Assembly (NCBI GenBank): GCA_963760615.1 | Contig: CAVXDX010000007.1 | Span: 1-64,000 of the forward strand | Origin: an uncultured Candidatus Micrarchaeota archaeon | Lineage (GTDB): Archaea; Micrarchaeota; Micrarchaeia; Burarchaeales; Fermentimicrarchaeaceae | DNA: 64,000 bases | Direction of reading: 5' to 3' | Part shown: positions 10,139 through 20,402 of the stretch, one piece after another | Layout: each line of letters begins with the position of its first letter | Numbering within the stretch: position 1 is the first letter of the stretch | Translations under genes and position numbers: made by a program | Notes under the pieces: generated by a model | Databases searched by the model: none | What the model was told of the DNA's origin: nothing | What the model saw: only the letters and a program-made list of their open reading frames with translations

Positions 10139-11560
10139 TTATCCAGGCAAGAAATTAAGGATTTTATATATTGTCCCAGCAAATAGGAATATTGCTAAAA
10201 CTGCCAGTAATACGGCTCCAAGATAATAAGGCACTGACCCATTCAGTAAATTATATACCATCCATAATAGCAGAAGCACAGAATAAATTTTTATGATATT
10301 TTGGCGTTGCTGGGCATTCAAATCTGGAAAATCCAGCGTAGCCCAAAATGCTGCAAACAGTGCAATGGCTCCCCCCAATGTTTCGCCAATTACACGCGAA
10401 GCTAAGTAAAAAAGAATAGATGATAGAATATAGATACCAACTATATCACGAACTTTGGTATCAATATTATGTAAGGACTTCACCACCGACTTACCAAACC
10501 TTATTGATGGAACTGAAAAATTTGCTCTAAATAAATACAAAATTATCGCTAACAAAGCAACTGCGGAGTAATATGGCACAGAACCTCTCAATAAATTGAA
10601 AAGATCCCACAACAGTATGATAGGCACTGCTGTTATTAAAGCGATTTTGCGTTGCTTACTGCTAAGTTCTATAAAGCTAAATGTAGACCAGCATAACGCT
10701 AGAATAACAATAATCCTCCCCACCAATTCACTAATTCCATTATAAATTGATAGATATACAAGCGCAGAAAAAGTATACAACGCTAGCACATAATTCACAG
10801 TCGAATTTCCAAATTCCAAGTGCTCTAGCAGGTTGCTCACAATGCCTATCACTAAAAGAAAGAAGGCTACCAATGCAAGCTCTTTTGCTAAGGACTCCAA
10901 TCCAAAAGCTAAAATAAACGCAGTAAATAGCAGAATAACTATACCCATAAATACAAATTTCTGCCCACCTCTAAAAACTTCAAAATTCTTTCTAATAATA
11001 TTCAGATAACCAGAAAATCTAAATTCCTTAATTCTAACTAAGTAATTTAAAAATCCGAGTACTATCACTCCTGAGAGAAAAACAAAAATTTGAGAAATGC
11101 CTGGTTGAACGTACAGTTCATACTCAAGATACCTATCTCCAAGTCCTTCTGGCCTGAAGTAAAGTTGCATCAGGTAATTCCCTGGGGGAGTTATTATGGG
11201 CAATTTTTCATTAGTGGATATGACAACAGTCTCGCCTCGTTTAAAGTCCCTGAGGGACGTCCCGTCTTTTTCGTAAACTGTTTTACCAAAATATTGGATT
11301 TTTACATTCATGTCAATTCTTTTTATGGTCTCACTTCTTTTGTTAGTTACTTGAAAGTAAAAGGTCGAAAATTCTCCTGGATAGGCATAGCTGCGGTTTG
11401 GGTAGAATTTGATATCTAATTCGCTGTCTGTCAAATCTGCGCTGGCAGGTAGCTTAGGAGGTTCAATGGTAGAGAAAAGGAGTACCACCACGAACGCAAT
11501 TATTGATAGCAATAGTCCCACTGTAAACAGCGTACTCAATACTTTTTCTAGCTTCATCAT
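10139..11560 (-). CDS. Membrane protein with an extracellular beta-rich (Ig-like) domain and an internal TM duplication
   Basis: N-terminal TM, soluble domain of about 120 aa, then two similar TM blocks (WDLFNLLRGSVPYY / WMVYNLLNGSVPYY). Confidence 0.7.
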   Translation of the reverse strand: MMKLEKVLSTLFTVGLLLSIIAFVVVLLFSTIEPPKLPASADLTDSELDIKFYPNRSYAYPGEFSTFYFQVTNKRSETIKRIDMNVKIQYFGKTVYEKDGTSLRDFKRGETVVISTNEKLPIITPPGNYLMQLYFRPEGLGDRYLEYELYVQPGISQIFVFLSGVIVLGFLNYLVRIKEFRFSGYLNIIRKNFEVFRGGQKFVFMGIVILLFTAFILAFGLESLAKELALVAFFLLVIGIVSNLLEHLEFGNSTVNYVLALYTFSALVYLSIYNGISELVGRIIVILALCWSTFSFIELSSKQRKIALITAVPIILLWDLFNLLRGSVPYYSAVALLAIILYLFRANFSVPSIRFGKSVVKSLHNIDTKVRDIVGIYILSSILFYLASRVIGETLGGAIALFAAFWATLDFPDLNAQQRQNIIKIYSVLLLLWMVYNLLNGSVPYYLGAVLLAVLAIFLFAGTIYKILNFLPG

Positions 11561-11561
11561 A

Positions 11562-12932
11562 TCACTTCCTAAGCGTCCACTCGCTGAATTCCTTGCTGGG
11601 TTCTATCAGCTCATGCAAATGGCCCCTTGGATGCGAGTGCAACAGTATATACGGGCCTATTCTGTATAATTCAACCTCTTTTATATTTTGTGGCTCGGTT
11701 TTAAACTTTATTACATTGGGTTCGACAACCACGTACCAGTCGGGTTCCATCTCTAAGACTTTATCCACGTTCCTCTCGTACCAGACCCATTCCTTTGCGT
11801 CTTTTATGAAAGCCCCGTGAAGCCCGGCGATAGTTTCGTTATTTGCTTTTTGGTTTAACAAAGTGATAACTTCTTCATCATACCAGTAACCAAAATCGTG
11901 TATCCCAATAGCACCTCTAAGACTTAGTGTTGTTGCTAGATATGAGAATAAAAGAAATTGAAGGATTAAAATCGATATGACTAATGGTTGCAATGGATAC
12001 CTCTTAATGTACCTCTTCCATATGCTCAGTATGCCGGGACCTGCAAGCAACGCCATGGAAGCCTGCAATCCCATGGGGTATTGCGTGAGAGCACCGTTAT
12101 ATATGAAACCATAAATCAAACTTGTTACTAAAAATTGCGGTAAAATTAGAATAAGGAGATCATCTCTTTTCTTCCAGATGAATGATAGAAAGCCCACGAT
12201 GGTTATCACTTGCACGACTAAAAATTCAGTCCAACTCCGGATTAGTTGCACCGGTATTTGATATAGATTTTCCAGTAGATAGTCTGAATTCTGGGTAATC
12301 CTTAGATAACTTGGATATGCTTCCAATCCACTTGTCAGTTGTATCAGTATGAAGAGCAAGAGAAGTGGAACTACGGAGCAGAGGAGGAATTGATTAATAG
12401 ATTTTTTATTTTTCCAGACATAAAGAAGCATGAAGGGATACAGACCAAACCACGTCTCTCTACTCAGCATGGCTAAGGCAAAAGAAAAGCCTGCTAAATT
12501 TGTTCTATTTTTCTTAATCAGATAAATCGAAAACAGAAAGAAAAAAGTACCGTATATATCTAGATAGAATCTAGTTCCAAAGCGTATTGTTTGGAAAGAA
12601 AAAATGAAAAGCATAGAACTTATGAATGCAGCTCGTTCGTCTGAGTAAGTTTTTACAATCTCAAAAATAATAATGGCGCTTGCTATTGAAAATAAGGCTG
12701 ATATCACTCGGGGTGTCATTATGCTGTCGCTTATGCTCAGGAAGGGGGATATGATTAAAATCGCGAGAGGCATACGACCAATTTTGGAAATTTCTGATAA
12801 ACCATTAATATTTGTGGATTTTGATAGACCCCAGTATACCGCTTCATCATCATGTAGCCTCTCAAAGAAGATGGGCAGAAATAGGAATAATACTCCGAAA
12901 ATTATTATGGTTGTCTTATAATCTAGTTTCAT
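11562..12932 (-). CDS. GT-C (family 39/PMT-like) glycosyltransferase
   Basis: LHDDEAVYW after TM1, YLD, RE, about 10 TM segments. Confidence 0.75.
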   Translation of the reverse strand: MKLDYKTTIIIFGVLFLFLPIFFERLHDDEAVYWGLSKSTNINGLSEISKIGRMPLAILIISPFLSISDSIMTPRVISALFSIASAIIIFEIVKTYSDERAAFISSMLFIFSFQTIRFGTRFYLDIYGTFFFLFSIYLIKKNRTNLAGFSFALAMLSRETWFGLYPFMLLYVWKNKKSINQFLLCSVVPLLLLFILIQLTSGLEAYPSYLRITQNSDYLLENLYQIPVQLIRSWTEFLVVQVITIVGFLSFIWKKRDDLLILILPQFLVTSLIYGFIYNGALTQYPMGLQASMALLAGPGILSIWKRYIKRYPLQPLVISILILQFLLFSYLATTLSLRGAIGIHDFGYWYDEEVITLLNQKANNETIAGLHGAFIKDAKEWVWYERNVDKVLEMEPDWYVVVEPNVIKFKTEPQNIKEVELYRIGPYILLHSHPRGHLHELIEPSKEFSEWTLRK

Positions 12933-12953
12933 TTATGTCCACTCTTTACTTAC

Positions 12954-15900
12954 TCAGTTTCTTCTCCAATCATAAAAAATATACAATAAGCAAGCTGCAA
13001 GGGTTATTCCGAAAATTATTAACCCAATTTCAAAATAATCCTGTGGTTTGTATCGTATTACTATATCAAGATTACCTGTATCGTTAACCCAGAAACCGTT
13101 TATTACATCATAAATCGGGGTTGGTTCAACGCTTTCTAACATTTTGCCATCTCTGTAGACTCTTGCTTCCCACAATGGGTCATAGGCTTCAGCAAAACTT
13201 AGCGCAAATGGTTTCGATGCATTTATCTTAGCGATATATTCTGTTGAATCTACCTTTTTATATTCGAGGATAGTTGCGGGTATTTCATTTGTTGTAAAAA
13301 TATTCTCTAGAGTTTCGTCTTTTTCCTGTATAGAATAAATCCATATAACGTCCAAATCTGCAGAGTCTTTTGTAGTTATTTTAATGCTATGTACTCCTTT
13401 TTCAAGGTACTGACTAACATCCGTCCAATTCAGGTTAGATGATGATAGTGAGTAGTTGTCACCGTCCAAATTTAAGGTTATATTGCCGACGAATCTTAAA
13501 GTTATCTTATACTCACTAGGTTTAAATATCTCGAAATCAGTCCAAACCTTTGAATCTGGTTTAAGCTCTAGCACTTTACCATTGCTTGCTTCTCCATCGT
13601 ATTTCCCGGATTTATTCGAGTTATTATAATACGTATCATATTCCGGTTCAAAAACGTACATTGCTCTTTTATCCTTTAGCAATTCTACAGTTTGATTCTC
13701 AATTTTTATCAGCTCTTCAGAAGGTAGCAGGACAAAAAGGTTGACTGCATTAAATCCATCAGCATTTTCTAATGTTAATTTATGTTGACCCTCTGTCAAA
13801 TAAATATCAGCTATATCTCCCCAAACAAATTTGTCTAACTGATCCGTAGTATTAATGAGTATCTGTTTATCATCTAAAAACACCCTTACTAAACCTCCTT
13901 TCTGATTTTCGAAATATCGGATGAGCAGTTTGTAATTATCTGATTTTTTTACATTTAGGGGAATTTCTAGAGCAACTTGTTTAGCCGAAGTAAGTACTAA
14001 ACCTTCACTATAGTCAAACTCCCAGTTTTCCATACCAAATTGTTCTAGATAAGGATGCCACTCAGCATGCAAAGGATCTGAAGTTAGAGCTTTTGACCAA
14101 AACTTACCTGGATCATGATAGTTTGTATATTCAGAAGGCTTAATCATTTCATAATTAATGTTTGAAAATAAAAATACGAAATCAAAAATATTTTTGTTTA
14201 AAACTATACCGTCACTATTTGCCGTGTATTGATATATATTTTTTTGATTAGTCTGATCCATAAAGAATACCGATGAATTTACTGGACTAAAGGAATTTAT
14301 TGCATTAAGAGACGCAAACTTCTCCAGCCCTCCAAGAATTGCGAATCTCTGCTGTGGAATGCTTGTATGGTTCGCATAGACTGAATTTTCAAAAATATAA
14401 ATAAAACTCTCCTGTTTTATAAGCTCTAAATCTTTCTGCTGCCTCAATGCAGTTAAAACTTTCCCGCTCTCGCCAGGAATGTACCATGGTCTATCATCAG
14501 CGACATCATCATGAAGAATCACGTACTTGGTATTTGTAAATCCAATGTACTTACCGAATTCTAAAGTTTTATTGTTAACAAGTAAATCCCGATATACAAA
14601 ATTACGATAATAAAAGAAGGATAATGGGAATGATCCCTTATCTGTTAAATATAGATAGAATAGCTCGGTAATTTTATTATCATTCCATGTTGCTGTAACG
14701 GCCCCGAATACGGGTGACCAGAATACTCTATATTGCTCCGCATCAGAATTTATGAAAGACTGCATTTTAATAATTTGCTTTGGCACGATTTTCGGTTCTA
14801 AAGGACCATTGAAATTACCAGTTAGGAATTGCCATGATGCTAGTAAAATTGATGATAATAAAACAAAAATTGTTAAATAAAAGACGTATTTATGATTAAA
14901 TCTATACCTACTAAGTTTCAAAATTGTGAACCCAGTCAAAAATGAGTAGCACAATGCAAGAAGCCCAACAAACTTATTTGATTCCCTAAAAACCCATTCA
15001 ATTTTGCTGATGAATGGTAAATTGAATATCATCCAAGTATACCATTCTCCAAGCGGTCCTGCGGTACCGGTACTAAGCAAAATAAATAGAATCGCTAACA
15101 GTGAGAAAAATAGAACGTGCTTGTTCTTTTTGTAAAGTATTATGGCTGAAAAAGCGAATATGGATATAATAAATGTTGAAATTGTCCACGGTATTATCAG
15201 ATCTGTCGTGGGATAAGAACCCAGCACTGGGTCCCAAAAACCCATTAAGCGAATAACGTTTATAAGAGAGCTGCCTCTGCTAAGCATCTGAATTATCTCT
15301 GGAGTAACTACATAAGGAAGAGTTATACTCCCAGTACTACTTCCTACAAGATAGGGGATTAACCAATAAGATGAGAATAATATGTATAGGATTAAAATTA
15401 ATAGAGAAGATTTTACGCTACTGCTCAATTTAAAAAATTCTTTTTTTCTAATATCAATCAAGGATTTATAAGCCAAGTAAGAAAAGAGTAAGAAACCTAT
15501 AAAGACTATAAAATGTACTGATGCGGATGCAATGCACCATAGAAGACTAATGAAGATAACATATTTGTATTTAATCTTCCTCCTATCTAACAATTTTATA
15601 AAAAATACAAGTGCTAGTGGTGTGACTGCATATCCAAAAAGATGTATATACTGCGAGAATCTATAGAAACTCCATGGGTTTACCATGTAAACGATTCCTG
15701 CGATAATTGCAGAAATATTCGCCCAATAATTACCTTGGACTACTCTTGTTTCATCTTTCAATAGGATATAACACGCAAAATACATCGAGACTCCACTTAT
15801 AAAATATGCAAAAATCAGTAAAAGTCTAAGAAACCAATCCGAGGATATGTTTAATAACAACGCCGTCTCTACCAAAGGATATAAAACAGTGGAGCTTGAA

Positions 15901-16100
15901 AGTGTCTGCCAACTAGGGTAGCTAAGCCATTCGTTCCATGTTGTTAAAATCATCGAACGGAAAAAGGGTAGGTTATATGGAATCCACAGATCTCCCCATT
16001 CAATCATACCACTTTTAAGTATTATATTTCGAAAAATTACGCAAACTATAAAGAGCATTACCAAGAAAGACAAGATATGCAAAAATAAACTATTTTTCAT
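12954..16100 (-). CDS. Large GT-C-like membrane protein with two CBM-like modules and a YfhO-like C-terminus
   Basis: EWGDLWIP loop, VNPW, about 12 TMs, two beta-sandwich repeats, AEAYDPLW...INGFWV...YKPQ plus a final TM. Confidence 0.7.
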   Translation of the reverse strand: MKNSLFLHILSFLVMLFIVCVIFRNIILKSGMIEWGDLWIPYNLPFFRSMILTTWNEWLSYPSWQTLSSSTVLYPLVETALLLNISSDWFLRLLLIFAYFISGVSMYFACYILLKDETRVVQGNYWANISAIIAGIVYMVNPWSFYRFSQYIHLFGYAVTPLALVFFIKLLDRRKIKYKYVIFISLLWCIASASVHFIVFIGFLLFSYLAYKSLIDIRKKEFFKLSSSVKSSLLILILYILFSSYWLIPYLVGSSTGSITLPYVVTPEIIQMLSRGSSLINVIRLMGFWDPVLGSYPTTDLIIPWTISTFIISIFAFSAIILYKKNKHVLFFSLLAILFILLSTGTAGPLGEWYTWMIFNLPFISKIEWVFRESNKFVGLLALCYSFLTGFTILKLSRYRFNHKYVFYLTIFVLLSSILLASWQFLTGNFNGPLEPKIVPKQIIKMQSFINSDAEQYRVFWSPVFGAVTATWNDNKITELFYLYLTDKGSFPLSFFYYRNFVYRDLLVNNKTLEFGKYIGFTNTKYVILHDDVADDRPWYIPGESGKVLTALRQQKDLELIKQESFIYIFENSVYANHTSIPQQRFAILGGLEKFASLNAINSFSPVNSSVFFMDQTNQKNIYQYTANSDGIVLNKNIFDFVFLFSNINYEMIKPSEYTNYHDPGKFWSKALTSDPLHAEWHPYLEQFGMENWEFDYSEGLVLTSAKQVALEIPLNVKKSDNYKLLIRYFENQKGGLVRVFLDDKQILINTTDQLDKFVWGDIADIYLTEGQHKLTLENADGFNAVNLFVLLPSEELIKIENQTVELLKDKRAMYVFEPEYDTYYNNSNKSGKYDGEASNGKVLELKPDSKVWTDFEIFKPSEYKITLRFVGNITLNLDGDNYSLSSSNLNWTDVSQYLEKGVHSIKITTKDSADLDVIWIYSIQEKDETLENIFTTNEIPATILEYKKVDSTEYIAKINASKPFALSFAEAYDPLWEARVYRDGKMLESVEPTPIYDVINGFWVNDTGNLDIVIRYKPQDYFEIGLIIFGITLAACLLYIFYDWRRN

Positions 16101-16105
16101 GCAAA

Positions 16106-16831
16106 TTACCTCTTTTCACACATGATTGCCAACCTATAACCCATTTTTGTTAAACCTAACTTATTAAAAAATGAATCAATTTTAGTTAAGTACCTAATCT
16201 CTAGGGTAAGATAAGGTAGATAACAACTACCACTGATCTTCCTAATCTTAAATTTGTTATCTCTTAAAAGATTTAGTATATCACTAAAAAAGAACATTGT
16301 ATCAATAGGCTGAAAAGTGTTCAATGGATGCTCAGCCGGTAAAAAAATAGACCTCAAAATTTGAGTATCCTTCAAAAATTTTGGCATCCTTTCAAAAAAT
16401 TTATAAATTGGCGAATATGCAGTTGCATTTGGAAAAGTTACTATAAAATACCCGTCGTCCTTTAATACTCTATAAGCTTCTTTTAGACCTCTTGATGGTT
16501 CTCTAAGATGTTCAATTACTTCAGTCATCACAACTATATCAAAAAATTTGTCTGAGTAAGGAATATTATAAGCGGAATTTTGTTTAATTATTGCTCCATT
16601 TAATAATCTTTTCCTCGCATTCTCTACCAATTTTGGAGAGAAGTCTACTCCGTATAACTCTAAGTTACGGTCAAATTCTCGCAACTTCTGTAAAAGATAA
16701 CCATTACCACAACCAACATCAAGAATTCTTTTTTTGTTTTTAGTGACGTCTTTCAGTAAATTAACTACTACTGAATAGAAATGATCAGACATAAAAATAC
16801 GTTTTTCAATTTTAGAATACCAATCTGCCAT
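16106..16831 (-). CDS. Class I SAM-dependent methyltransferase
   Basis: ILDVGCGNG, GVDFS, EVIEHL, LKDDG; start placed at ATG 16831 behind GAGGAG. Confidence 0.9.
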   Translation of the reverse strand: MADWYSKIEKRIFMSDHFYSVVVNLLKDVTKNKKRILDVGCGNGYLLQKLREFDRNLELYGVDFSPKLVENARKRLLNGAIIKQNSAYNIPYSDKFFDIVVMTEVIEHLREPSRGLKEAYRVLKDDGYFIVTFPNATAYSPIYKFFERMPKFLKDTQILRSIFLPAEHPLNTFQPIDTMFFFSDILNLLRDNKFKIRKISGSCYLPYLTLEIRYLTKIDSFFNKLGLTKMGYRLAIMCEKR

Positions 16832-16853
16832 CTTCTCCTCGGATAAACCATAA

Positions 16854-18095
16854 TCAATTTTTGTGATGATTACCACCTTTGATTAGACTTTCATAGACCT
16901 TTTTTTCGGCTAAAACTACTTTTTCCCAACTCTGCCTTCTAGCGTAAAGTTTAGATTTTCGTACACACTTCATAAGTAAAGACTTATTTTGGATAAGTTC
17001 TATGGTTTTTGATGTCATTCCGCTCAGATTTTTCATCGGAAACATAAAAACACTTTCGCAATCACCATAGGCATATCTATTTGGAGGAATGTCATAAGCA
17101 ATTACAGGAAGCCCACAAGCCAGTGCCTCCCCTACAATTAACGACCAAGAATCAACCTTGCTTGGGTAAATTAAAATTCTGCTCTGTTTCATTAATGACC
17201 AAACTTCTTCTCTCTTAGGTACGCCATCAAATGGATTATAAGGGAAAACTACATCCTTCTCAAGCCCTCTCTCTTTAATTTTCATTTTGAGACTACCAAT
17301 AGTCCCTTTATACCCTTTACCAATCATGACGAGCTTTTTAGAACCCATTTTTTTAACTACCTGGGACCAAATATCAATAACATCAAAAATGCCTTTTTCG
17401 GGAATCATCACGGAAAAAAACATTGCATCAAATAATTTATTTTGAGATTTGACAGCCGATATTGCATCTAAATCAATACCATTACCTGGTACAACCGTTA
17501 ATGTTTTTATATCCTTATCTACTCTTGAAATAATCTTGCTTGTACTTCTACTTACTGTAAGTGAGGTGGTATCTCTTAATAATTTGTATATCAACCACCG
17601 TGATATACTTGCAAGAAAGGTATTCTCTCTAAAAAACTGTGGATGCACTTTAAGATGCTTATAAATATCAATGAATCTAGTCGTGTAATTTTTCATATCT
17701 CCAGTAACATACCAGTATCCCGGTACAGAGTGAAGCATCGTAGTCCATGGTATTTTTGTTATTTTACTAATACAGTATGCAGGAAAAATAGAGAATGGTG
17801 TTTCAAGTGGGCTGTATATAAGGTCAATATTTTCATTTTTGCATATCTCTAAACCCTTTCTTGTAAATTCTATCAACATTTTAGTATAAGCAAAGATTGA
17901 GTTTGCATCGTATACATCTATTTCGTATGATTTACATTTTAAATTAAATGCTTTTTTAAACGAAGGCTTGTTTTCTAGTATAATGTAATTAATATCATGC
18001 GCCTTTGCTCTTTTTATAATCTCTAATGTTCTAACAAGAGCACCACCAATAAATCCGCTAGGCTTAGAGTGCGGCAATATGACCAATATATCCAA
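16854..18095 (-). CDS. GT4 glycosyltransferase
   Basis: GG at the N-terminus, PEKG, PSKVDSWSLIVGEALACGLP. Confidence 0.85.
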   Translation of the reverse strand: MDILVILPHSKPSGFIGGALVRTLEIIKRAKAHDINYIILENKPSFKKAFNLKCKSYEIDVYDANSIFAYTKMLIEFTRKGLEICKNENIDLIYSPLETPFSIFPAYCISKITKIPWTTMLHSVPGYWYVTGDMKNYTTRFIDIYKHLKVHPQFFRENTFLASISRWLIYKLLRDTTSLTVSRSTSKIISRVDKDIKTLTVVPGNGIDLDAISAVKSQNKLFDAMFFSVMIPEKGIFDVIDIWSQVVKKMGSKKLVMIGKGYKGTIGSLKMKIKERGLEKDVVFPYNPFDGVPKREEVWSLMKQSRILIYPSKVDSWSLIVGEALACGLPVIAYDIPPNRYAYGDCESVFMFPMKNLSGMTSKTIELIQNKSLLMKCVRKSKLYARRQSWEKVVLAEKKVYESLIKGGNHHKN

Positions 18096-18099
18096 ATAA

Positions 18100-19557
18100 T
18101 CATCCTTTCTTATTAGTTATTGATTTTGATTTATTAAGTCGTTTGATAAAAATCAAGTCGATTATCTTGTCTAGTGCATACTTCTTCTGACTGCTCTCAA
18201 AACCCATCATTGCTCTAAAATAGGTGGAAGGTATCGACGCTGTCAAAGAAAAAATAGAAGAAAGTAAAGGAAATGGTATTCTTCGGAAAATTCTAAATGG
18301 AATCTGGATGCCAGATTTATATAGATTTTCATACCAGACGTATTTCTGTGCGAATTCCCAGGCATTTTCTCTATTTGGGTACATCTTTATTAATTCATTG
18401 AAAAAGTAGGTGCTGGGATAAGCAATTGGAACATAAGAGTAGCGACTATTTTCAGTTTCAATTTTCTCTAAACCTAAAATTTTTTTTACTTCGGGTGCGC
18501 CAAAATACATTCTAGATATGGGAGCGATATAGTTATGCTCGATAAGAGTATCTGCCAGCGAAAGTGTCCTCTTTACTTTTTGCAGATCTTCGTCTTTTTT
18601 TAATGCTTTTAAAATATTTACATCATAGCTCTCCAATCCCCATTCTATGTACATGCATCCGGCATCTGCCATAAGGTGCAGTATTTCCTCACTCATTACA
18701 TCGACTCTACACTGTGCAGTAAAAAATATCTTTTCATTATGCAATTCACGCAAAAAACTTTTTAGATTCTCCGTCGGCATGTTAAATATTTCATCTATGA
18801 AGTGGAGGTGTCTTATTCCAAGTTTTTTTAAAAGTTTCACCTCTCTAATTGCTTGTCCAACGCTCTTCACTCTAAACTCATTCCTAAAATCTGTCTTGAA
18901 GCAATAAAAACAACTAAAAGGGCATCCTCTTGAGAATTCTATTATAGCACCAGGCGGATTGCCTATTTTTTCAAGAAATTGTTGATTCCACGATTGAAAC
19001 TTGTAACGCTTCAAATCTAGTAAATCATAAGCTGGTGCTGGAAGTTTTTTTAAGTCTGGAACTATCACGGGCGCTACTATTTTTTCTCTAGAGCAGATAC
19101 CTTCCTGTGGTTTATCCAGATCGCTATTAATAAAATCTGCTAAACACAAGTCTGGCTCCCCGCGAACAAGAAAATCCGAATTTGTCTTTTCAAGTACCCA
19201 TCGCGGACTTACGGTACCCTGCGGCCCCATAATTATTATCTTTACATCCCTAATCTCTCTTTTTAGAAGTTTACTTATCTCGCTCGGAGTCTCTATATCC
19301 AATGGGCAGCATCTCCAGAACAAATAAGTTGGTGCAGTCGTAATAACTATAACGTCAGGGGCATAAGACTTAACATATTCTACAATCTCTCTATTAGAAA
19401 GATTAAGAAGGTAAGCATCACAAATTTTGACATTATGATTTTTTTTAAGAAGGGAAGCAGAGTAGAGAAATTCTAATGGCGGGATGGGTGCAGGTATAGT
19501 CGCGCAGTAATGTTTTTTATGCAAGTTCCAGTTAGGAACTAAAAATAAAATTCTCAT
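18100..19557 (-). CDS. B12-binding domain / radical SAM protein
   Basis: N-terminal cobalamin-binding-like domain (PPLEFLY, TTAPTYLFWRC, MGPQ, VRGEPD); SRGCPFSCFYC (CxxxCxxC); FIDEIF; WGLES. Confidence 0.88.
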   Translation of the reverse strand: MRILFLVPNWNLHKKHYCATIPAPIPPLEFLYSASLLKKNHNVKICDAYLLNLSNREIVEYVKSYAPDVIVITTAPTYLFWRCCPLDIETPSEISKLLKREIRDVKIIIMGPQGTVSPRWVLEKTNSDFLVRGEPDLCLADFINSDLDKPQEGICSREKIVAPVIVPDLKKLPAPAYDLLDLKRYKFQSWNQQFLEKIGNPPGAIIEFSRGCPFSCFYCFKTDFRNEFRVKSVGQAIREVKLLKKLGIRHLHFIDEIFNMPTENLKSFLRELHNEKIFFTAQCRVDVMSEEILHLMADAGCMYIEWGLESYDVNILKALKKDEDLQKVKRTLSLADTLIEHNYIAPISRMYFGAPEVKKILGLEKIETENSRYSYVPIAYPSTYFFNELIKMYPNRENAWEFAQKYVWYENLYKSGIQIPFRIFRRIPFPLLSSIFSLTASIPSTYFRAMMGFESSQKKYALDKIIDLIFIKRLNKSKSITNKKG

Positions 19558-19586
19558 TTTTCCACTTTATACAATCATTTTTATCC

Positions 19587-20402
19587 TCAGCTCATCTTTC
19601 CAACCAGATACCCCAATCCTAGTGAGATGTATTCTAAACATTTTAATATTAAAACCCCTAATGCAAGTAATGGTTTTGAGTAAAATCTCCTATTTTTTAA
19701 AAACAACCCCAGTCTATAAGATAAACTCATCTGTTTAGCCCAGTATTCCTTATATCCTTCTTGGTACTTCCAACTAGTTTTTCCGTACTGATATTTTTTT
19801 CTTAATATCCCCAATACTGAGACGTCCTCCTGATGTAAAATTTCAGACTCTATTCTCGCTCTAACACTATACCCCATGTTATCAATTTTCTGTGGTAAAG
19901 TAGACTCTTCAAAAAACGTAATATCTTTATCGAATCCACCAACCGTCTTAACTAAATCTTTTCTAAAAAATCTTGCAGATTCTACATCACTGTTTAAATA
20001 AAAACTTCTTTCGAAATCCCTGATTTTAGCCACAAAAAAGTTACCTACGGATCTCTCGGGAATTATTATCCCACCAATTTTTCTATTTTTTATCGCTAGA
20101 TTCACACACTCCTCAATAACATCTGAAGCTAACTCCATGTCCGAGTCGATAAAGCAAACAAAATTACCTACTGCTCTTTTAACTCCAAAATTTTTTGCTT
20201 TGCTTCTTTCCGCTTCCAACAAACAAATCTTCGCATTAAATCTTTTTGCAATCTTAATAGTCCTATCTTTAGAGAACTTGTCAATGATTATAACTTCAAT
20301 ATTCTTATAGGTTTGATTTTTAATCGATTTTAAACATAAAGCCAAAGTTTTTTCTGAATTCCAAGTAGGAATTACTATTGAAACTAAAGGTTCAGTTTTC
20401 AT
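19587..20402 (-). CDS. GT2 glycosyltransferase
   Basis: VSIVIPTWNS, DKFSKDRT, FIDSD. Confidence 0.9.
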   Translation of the reverse strand: MKTEPLVSIVIPTWNSEKTLALCLKSIKNQTYKNIEVIIIDKFSKDRTIKIAKRFNAKICLLEAERSKAKNFGVKRAVGNFVCFIDSDMELASDVIEECVNLAIKNRKIGGIIIPERSVGNFFVAKIRDFERSFYLNSDVESARFFRKDLVKTVGGFDKDITFFEESTLPQKIDNMGYSVRARIESEILHQEDVSVLGILRKKYQYGKTSWKYQEGYKEYWAKQMSLSYRLGLFLKNRRFYSKPLLALGVLILKCLEYISLGLGYLVGKMS

